Shown here: piece by piece, positions 59,227-64,000 of the stretch
How positions within the stretch are numbered: the stretch's first letter is position 1
Layout of the letters: every line of letters starts with the position of its first letter
Source: Bacteroidales bacterium
Lineage (GTDB): Bacteria > Bacteroidota > Bacteroidia > Bacteroidales > VadinHA17
NCBI GenBank assembly: GCA_034003345.1
Contig: JAVEYS010000007.1
Span: 3,593 to 67,592 of the forward strand
Direction of reading: 5' to 3'
Length of the DNA: 64,000 bases
The notes under the pieces: generated by a model
What the model saw: the letters and a program-made list of their open reading frames with translations, nothing else
The model's database searches: none
Told to the model about the DNA's origin: nothing
Position numbers and translations under genes: made by a program

Positions 59227-59260
59227 AGAGGGGGCAAGAGATTGCCTCCTCTTTCTTTTT
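59227..59260 (+). terminator. orphan plus-strand rho-independent terminator
   Basis: 10-bp stem AGAGGGGGCA/TGCCTCCTCT. Its single irregular pair is G-U on the plus strand and A-C on the minus strand. The stem is followed by TTCTTTTT. No plus-strand CDS lies upstream. Confidence 0.65.
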
Positions 59261-59690
59261 ACAGTGCAGCCAGCAGCGTCAGGTTCCTGTCGCTGATCTT
59301 CCTGCTGTCAAACAAAAATACTGCTGTTACCTCGCTGATCTCCCTGACGGAATTTACCATTTCCTCCGCCTTCTTCCGGTCATGCTGACCAGAGATGACC
59401 AGCAGAAAATCGATATTTTGCAGTTTGTGAATCAACATGCTTCCCTCACTCCGGTTTGAGACCAGGGAGAGGCCGTGCGCGCCGGAGACGAAACGGGTAA
59501 AAAGATGGTTTCCGGTTGTGGTACTGGTAATAATATCTTCAGGACATTTGCGGAGATCAGTGCCAAGATGCCTGTTCATCATCACGGAAAGACGGTAGTC
59601 AGGTTCAGATGAGACAACACCAAGAAAGAAGAAGGCAGGTGTCTCTTCGTTTATGATAGTATGCCTTGCTATTTTCCGCTGCTTGATCAT
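59259..59690 (-). CDS. hypothetical protein (IPExxxVDY-family-like, conserved neighbour of rnc)
   Basis: 143 aa, overlapping rnc by 4 nt. FFFLGVVSSEPDYRLS and a C-terminal ISEVTAVFLF resemble that family. The product call is tentative. Confidence 0.5.
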   Translation of the reverse strand: MIKQRKIARHTIINEETPAFFFLGVVSSEPDYRLSVMMNRHLGTDLRKCPEDIITSTTTGNHLFTRFVSGAHGLSLVSNRSEGSMLIHKLQNIDFLLVISGQHDRKKAEEMVNSVREISEVTAVFLFDSRKISDRNLTLLAAL

Positions 59691-60424
59691 TCTAAGGAAT
59701 CGTTGATCTTTTCCCAGGCTTTCATAGAAGCTACCTGTTCAGCCTCTTTCTTTGTTGCTCCTTCGCCCTGAGCTACAGGCTCACTGTTGATACCCAGGGT
59801 AACGGTGAATAAAGGGTGGCTGCCATTACTGCATGCTTTCTCCTGTGATGCGAAGTTAAGCTTTAGCCTGTTCTTCTGGCAATATTCAATGATGAGACTT
59901 TTATAATCAGTCACGGCTGACAATACCTCATTAAGATTAAGATGCCTCTTTAATACTTTCTCAATGAAGAAACGGTAAGTGCTGTTAAAACCCTTGTCAA
60001 TGAATAGTGCGCCTATGAGAGCCTCAACAGCATTGCCGTAAAGATTACGGGGAGAGTCTGAGGGTGACAGGTTTGAGACAATGAGCTTATCGAGTCCCAT
60101 TGACAGTCCCAGCTGGTTCAGTGTCTCCCTGTTGACTATTCTTGCCCTGCTCTTTGTCAGGAATCCTTCAGACGCATCCGGGTAAAACCGGAAGAGATAA
60201 TCTGAAAGGATGCTGTCAATGATGGCATCACCGAGATACTCAAGTCTTTCGTTATTGATCTTTGGGCCGCCAGGGAGAGGATACGATGCAGACCGATGGA
60301 TGAAAGCCATCTCGTATAGCCTCAGGTTCTGAGTGTGTAATCCAAGCAGACGTCGCAGTCCCCTGCGAAATTCGCTCCTGTTGTGTACGAGCGTGTTATT
60401 TTTCTTCCTGTTGAGCAGGAACAC
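59687..60424 (-). CDS. rnc: ribonuclease III
   Basis: 245 aa. NERLEYLGDA catalytic signature and a C-terminal dsRBD (GEGATKKEAEQVASMKA). GTG start overlapping the fabF stop (TAGTG). Confidence 0.93.
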   Translation of the reverse strand: MFLLNRKKNNTLVHNRSEFRRGLRRLLGLHTQNLRLYEMAFIHRSASYPLPGGPKINNERLEYLGDAIIDSILSDYLFRFYPDASEGFLTKSRARIVNRETLNQLGLSMGLDKLIVSNLSPSDSPRNLYGNAVEALIGALFIDKGFNSTYRFFIEKVLKRHLNLNEVLSAVTDYKSLIIEYCQKNRLKLNFASQEKACSNGSHPLFTVTLGINSEPVAQGEGATKKEAEQVASMKAWEKINDSLE

Positions 60425-61671
60425 TATTCTTCAAATTTCCTGATCAGGATAGAGGCATTGTGCCCTCCGAAGCCAAAGTTATTGCTAAGTGCAACCCTGA
60501 CGGGCTTTTTCTGTGCTTTATTCAGAGTCAGGTCAATTTTCGGGTCAATAGCAGGATCAGGATACCTGAAGTTGATGGTTGGGGGCACAATGTCATGCAC
60601 CACTGCCATAATCGTTGCAATAGCTTCGACAGCTCCGGCAGCTCCGAGAAGGTGGCCGGTCATCGACTTGGTGGAACTGACGTTAAGTTTATATGCATGC
60701 TCTCCAAAGAGAGAGCAGATGGCTTTTATCTCTGCGATATCACCGAGGGGGGTTGCTGTGCCGTGAACATTGATGTAATCAACATCTGACGGTTTCAATC
60801 CGGCCTCCTCAATAGCCTGTTTCATCACGTTGATGGCCCCAATGCCTTCGGGATGAGGTGCGGTAATGTGGTAGGCATCAGCAGTGAGTCCGGTACCGGT
60901 AAGCTCTGCATAGATCCTGGCTCCTCTGGCTCTGGCATGTTCCAACTCTTCGATGATAAGTGCACCGGCACCCTCTCCTATGACAAACCCGTCACGAGTG
61001 ACATCAAACGGACGCGAGGCAGTAGAATATTCCTCATTGTTTGTTGACATGGCCTGCATCGAATTAAAACCACCTATCCCGGGAGGATTGACTGATGCCT
61101 CAGAGCCCCCGGCAATGAAGAGATCAGCCTTGCCCAGAATAATATAATAATAGGCATCGATCAAAGCATTGGTTGAAGAGGAACAGGCTGATACGGTGGC
61201 GAAATTGGGCCCCCGGAAACCATACTTGATCGAAAGCATCCCGGCAGCAATGTCACTGATCATTTTGGGAATAAAGAAAGGACTGAAACGTGGAGTGCCA
61301 TCACCCAGAACAAACGCTTTTACTTCTTCAAGAAAAGTCTCTATTCCACCTATGCCTGAGGCCCAGATGACGCCACAACGATCTTTGTCAGTAGCTTCCG
61401 GGTCAAGACCGGCATTTTTGAATGCCTCATCAACTGCAATATGGGCGTATTGAGCATAACGGTCCATCTTGCGCGACTCTTTCCTGTCAAAATAGGTGGC
61501 AGGATCGTAATTCTTGAGCTCGCAGGCAAACTTGGTTTTGAATTTACTGGTGTCAAAATGGGTAATAGGATTTGCTCCGCTTACACCATTAACAAGACTT
61601 TCCCAGAAATCCTGCAAAGTGTTGCCGATAGGGGTCAGTGCCCCCATTCCGGTAACTACTACACGCCTCAT
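60424..61671 (-). CDS. fabF: beta-ketoacyl-ACP synthase II
   Basis: 415 aa. Active-site ACSSS, HGTATPLGD, GHLLGAAG and GFGGHN motifs. Confidence 0.97.
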   Translation of the reverse strand: MRRVVVTGMGALTPIGNTLQDFWESLVNGVSGANPITHFDTSKFKTKFACELKNYDPATYFDRKESRKMDRYAQYAHIAVDEAFKNAGLDPEATDKDRCGVIWASGIGGIETFLEEVKAFVLGDGTPRFSPFFIPKMISDIAAGMLSIKYGFRGPNFATVSACSSSTNALIDAYYYIILGKADLFIAGGSEASVNPPGIGGFNSMQAMSTNNEEYSTASRPFDVTRDGFVIGEGAGALIIEELEHARARGARIYAELTGTGLTADAYHITAPHPEGIGAINVMKQAIEEAGLKPSDVDYINVHGTATPLGDIAEIKAICSLFGEHAYKLNVSSTKSMTGHLLGAAGAVEAIATIMAVVHDIVPPTINFRYPDPAIDPKIDLTLNKAQKKPVRVALSNNFGFGGHNASILIRKFEE

Positions 61672-61690
61672 GTCAGATATTCAGTGAAAA

Positions 61691-61927
61691 CTATTTGGCG
61701 TTCTCCTCAATATACTTGATTGCTTCACCTACTGTGCTAATACTTTCTGCCTGGTCATCAGGAATTCCGATATTGAATTCTTTTTCGAATTCCATGATCA
61801 GCTCGACTGTGTCAAGAGAGTCAGCTCCAAGGTCATTTGTGAAGTGTGCTTCGGGAGTAACCTCTGCTTCATCAACGCCAAGCTTCTCAACGATGATTTT
61901 CTTTACTCTTGTAGAAATGTCAGACAT
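61691..61927 (-). CDS. acpP: acyl carrier protein
   Basis: ATG 61927 gives a 78-aa [20 protein letters not shown]...[17 protein letters not shown] with the DSLD phosphopantetheine site. The track start at 61969 is an upstream extension. Confidence 0.95.
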   Translation of the reverse strand: MSDISTRVKKIIVEKLGVDEAEVTPEAHFTNDLGADSLDTVELIMEFEKEFNIGIPDDQAESISTVGEAIKYIEENAK

Positions 61928-62111
61928 ACTAATCAGTTTTACGTTAATACTCTTTTTAAAACCCTGCAAAGAAATATATTTGTACTATATTTTTCAAGCA
62001 ATTTACCGGAAATTTACATCACTGTTGATGTATGTTGTAGTAAAACAGCAATATAGGACTTATTTGAAGACCATGACGCCCGGCAGTGATTATTTGAGTA
62101 TATAGCAGAAG

Positions 62112-62681
62112 ATGAAGCACATAGCAATACTTGCCTCGGGTGCCGGGACGAACGCAGAAAACATAATAAGATACTTTTCGAACGAAAAAAATGCAAAAGT
62201 AACCCTGGTTTTATCAAACAAGCCTAATGCCATGGTTTTGAATAGAGCTGCGGCACTTGGTGTTGAATCGTTTTTTTTCGACCGTACTCAATTTTATCAG
62301 ACACCGGAGGTGCTTACAACACTACTGCAAAGGGAGATCGATTTGTTGGTCCTGGCAGGGTTTCTGTGGCTTGTCCCCCCTCAGGTCATTGAGGCTTTCA
62401 GGGGTCGCATTGTAAATATTCATCCTGCTCTGCTGCCACTGTTCGGTGGGAAGGGGATGTATGGAGATATAGTGCACAGGGCTGTACTGGAGGCCGGATG
62501 TCTTGAGAGCGGTATCACCATTCACTATGTCAATGAACAATATGATTCAGGTGATATAATTTTCCAGGCCAGGTGCCCGGTGCTTGCAGGAGATGATGTA
62601 CACAGCCTGGCTGAACGAGTGCATTCGCTCGAATACGAACACTACCCGATAGTGATAAGCCGCCTGATCGACGGCATATGA
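62112..62681 (+). CDS. purN: phosphoribosylglycinamide formyltransferase
   Basis: 189 aa. ILASGAGTNAENI, LAGFLWLV, NIHPALLP, HYV..DSGDII. Confidence 0.93.
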   Translation: MKHIAILASGAGTNAENIIRYFSNEKNAKVTLVLSNKPNAMVLNRAAALGVESFFFDRTQFYQTPEVLTTLLQREIDLLVLAGFLWLVPPQVIEAFRGRIVNIHPALLPLFGGKGMYGDIVHRAVLEAGCLESGITIHYVNEQYDSGDIIFQARCPVLAGDDVHSLAERVHSLEYEHYPIVISRLIDGI

Positions 62682-62685
62682 GTGA

Positions 62686-63969
62686 TCAGTAACTTATTGT
62701 GGCAAGCAATGTGATATATCCCTGTGCCACTTTTCTGAATTCTTCCATCGCCTCCGGGGCTACCGGGCTGACAGGAGGAGACTCCACCCTGAGCGGATCA
62801 ACGGCATAACCGTTACGGTAGAACCTGAAATCGAGATGGGGACCTGTTGAGAGACCCGAACTTCCTACATACCCGATTATCTGTCCCTGCTTAACATAAA
62901 CTCCGGGCTTTATACCCGGACCGAACCGCGAGAGATGGAGGTAGGCTGTTGAATAGACACTGTTGTGTGTTATGCGGACCATCCTGCCTGCTCCGTTCTC
63001 ATAGGTGGTGCTGGTAACCCTGCCATCACCGATGGCCATTACGGGAGTGCCGATGGGTGCTGCATAGTCAACACCGTGGTGTGGACGCACAATCTTGAGA
63101 ATGGGATGCATTCTGCCTCCCGAAAAGCGCGAACTGATACGTGAGTACCGTAAAGGAGCCTTGAGAAAGGCCTTTCGCAGGCTGGCACCGGTAGTGTCAA
63201 AAAATGTTGTGGTGCTGTCCTGGATGAAGGGAATGGCATAGATTGCACTTCCTGCATGCTCGAAGAGAGCAGCATGAACCCTCCTGATCCCTGCCGACTC
63301 ATCACCGATGAACTCTTCCTCATAGATCACCTTGAACCTGTCTCCCTTCTGGAGCCCGAAGAAGTCAACTGTCCATGCATATATCTCTGACAGTTCGGCT
63401 GAAAGGTTCGGGTTGAGATCATTCTCCCGGGCTGCGTCCCATAGTGAAGTGTTGATGGTGCCTGATGAGTAGCGCAGTTTATTTTTTATCTCTGCATCAT
63501 ACCTGTATATTGCAAGTGTATCTTTCAGTGAGAAGACATATGTCACCCTGGGGTCATGGTGATAGAGAAAATAATCAGGTTTGCTCAGGGTGTCTTTGGT
63601 CAGAAACACCGAATATGAATTTCCGGAACGTACACGGCGCGGGTCAAATATCTCACTGTTATCACGGAGAAGCTTCTCAATGTCATTCCAGGATACGCCG
63701 TTATCAGAGAGAATGGTTGAAATAAACTGGTTCCTCCTTACCTTCCCTGTAACTATATTATAGGAATCAAAAGGTATCCCGAAGAGGAGTTCAGGCTGGT
63801 CAGCAGCTGACGGGCTCGACAATAATGTGTCTTGTGGTGCCGCGGCAGAAGCTGTACTGTCAGCCATCAGTCCGGCCGGATCATTCCCTGTTGATACTCC
63901 GGGGGTACATGAAGATGCCAGCGTGATGGCAGCTGCTGAGAGGGTGAGCAAGGCAACAGATATTCTCAT
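62686..63969 (-). CDS. M23 family peptidase, lipoprotein
   Basis: 427 aa. Lipobox LASSC. HHGVDYAAPIGTPV and HLDFRFYRNGYAVDP are M23 zinc motifs. Confidence 0.85.
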   Translation of the reverse strand: MRISVALLTLSAAAITLASSCTPGVSTGNDPAGLMADSTASAAAPQDTLLSSPSAADQPELLFGIPFDSYNIVTGKVRRNQFISTILSDNGVSWNDIEKLLRDNSEIFDPRRVRSGNSYSVFLTKDTLSKPDYFLYHHDPRVTYVFSLKDTLAIYRYDAEIKNKLRYSSGTINTSLWDAARENDLNPNLSAELSEIYAWTVDFFGLQKGDRFKVIYEEEFIGDESAGIRRVHAALFEHAGSAIYAIPFIQDSTTTFFDTTGASLRKAFLKAPLRYSRISSRFSGGRMHPILKIVRPHHGVDYAAPIGTPVMAIGDGRVTSTTYENGAGRMVRITHNSVYSTAYLHLSRFGPGIKPGVYVKQGQIIGYVGSSGLSTGPHLDFRFYRNGYAVDPLRVESPPVSPVAPEAMEEFRKVAQGYITLLATISY

Positions 63970-64000
63970 ATGACGATGTTCACAATGCGGTTAGGTACTA

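Overview
This 64-kb window looks like core chromosome from a Bacteroidota genome. Supporting signs are the SprA/T9SS translocon, an LpxC-FabZ fusion inside an lpxD-lpxC/fabZ-lpxA cluster, TAnnTTTG-type promoter boxes, weak Shine-Dalgarno usage and many lipoproteins. Coding density is high, with about 47 CDS. Most are housekeeping genes: dxr, rseP, tatA, pdxA, ruvA, sprA, gcvH, infB-nusA-rimP, lpxDCA, secG, groES/EL, cstA, lepA, rnc-fabF-acpP and purN. The rest are envelope or peptidase genes, one ECF sigma factor, one MerR-like regulator, one domain-minimal sigma-54 activator and one OmpR-type two-component system. I see no transposase, integrase, CRISPR array, tRNA or rRNA. tatA (58 aa) falls below the ORF-track cutoff and was found by eye. 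Several ORF-track starts were trimmed where TTG/GTG extensions overlap terminators, promoters or neighbouring genes. The stretches that ordinary genes do not explain are these. (1) An 816-nt ORF-free, hairpin-dense gap (35.8-36.6 kb) reads on the minus strand like an RNase P RNA, but with a non-canonical CR-I/P4 core and unusual length. (2) A sigma-54-type promoter plus an orphan plus-strand terminator (59.16-59.26 kb) suggests a ~80-nt sRNA, whose centre is complementary over ~24 nt to the lepA 3'UTR; the two copies bracket the two-component operon as inverted repeats. (3) A 66-nt tandem repeat lies downstream of the MerR-like gene. (4) A terminator-like hairpin sits in the rimP-nusA-infB leader. 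All product calls rest on my own motif recognition and none has been checked against a database.
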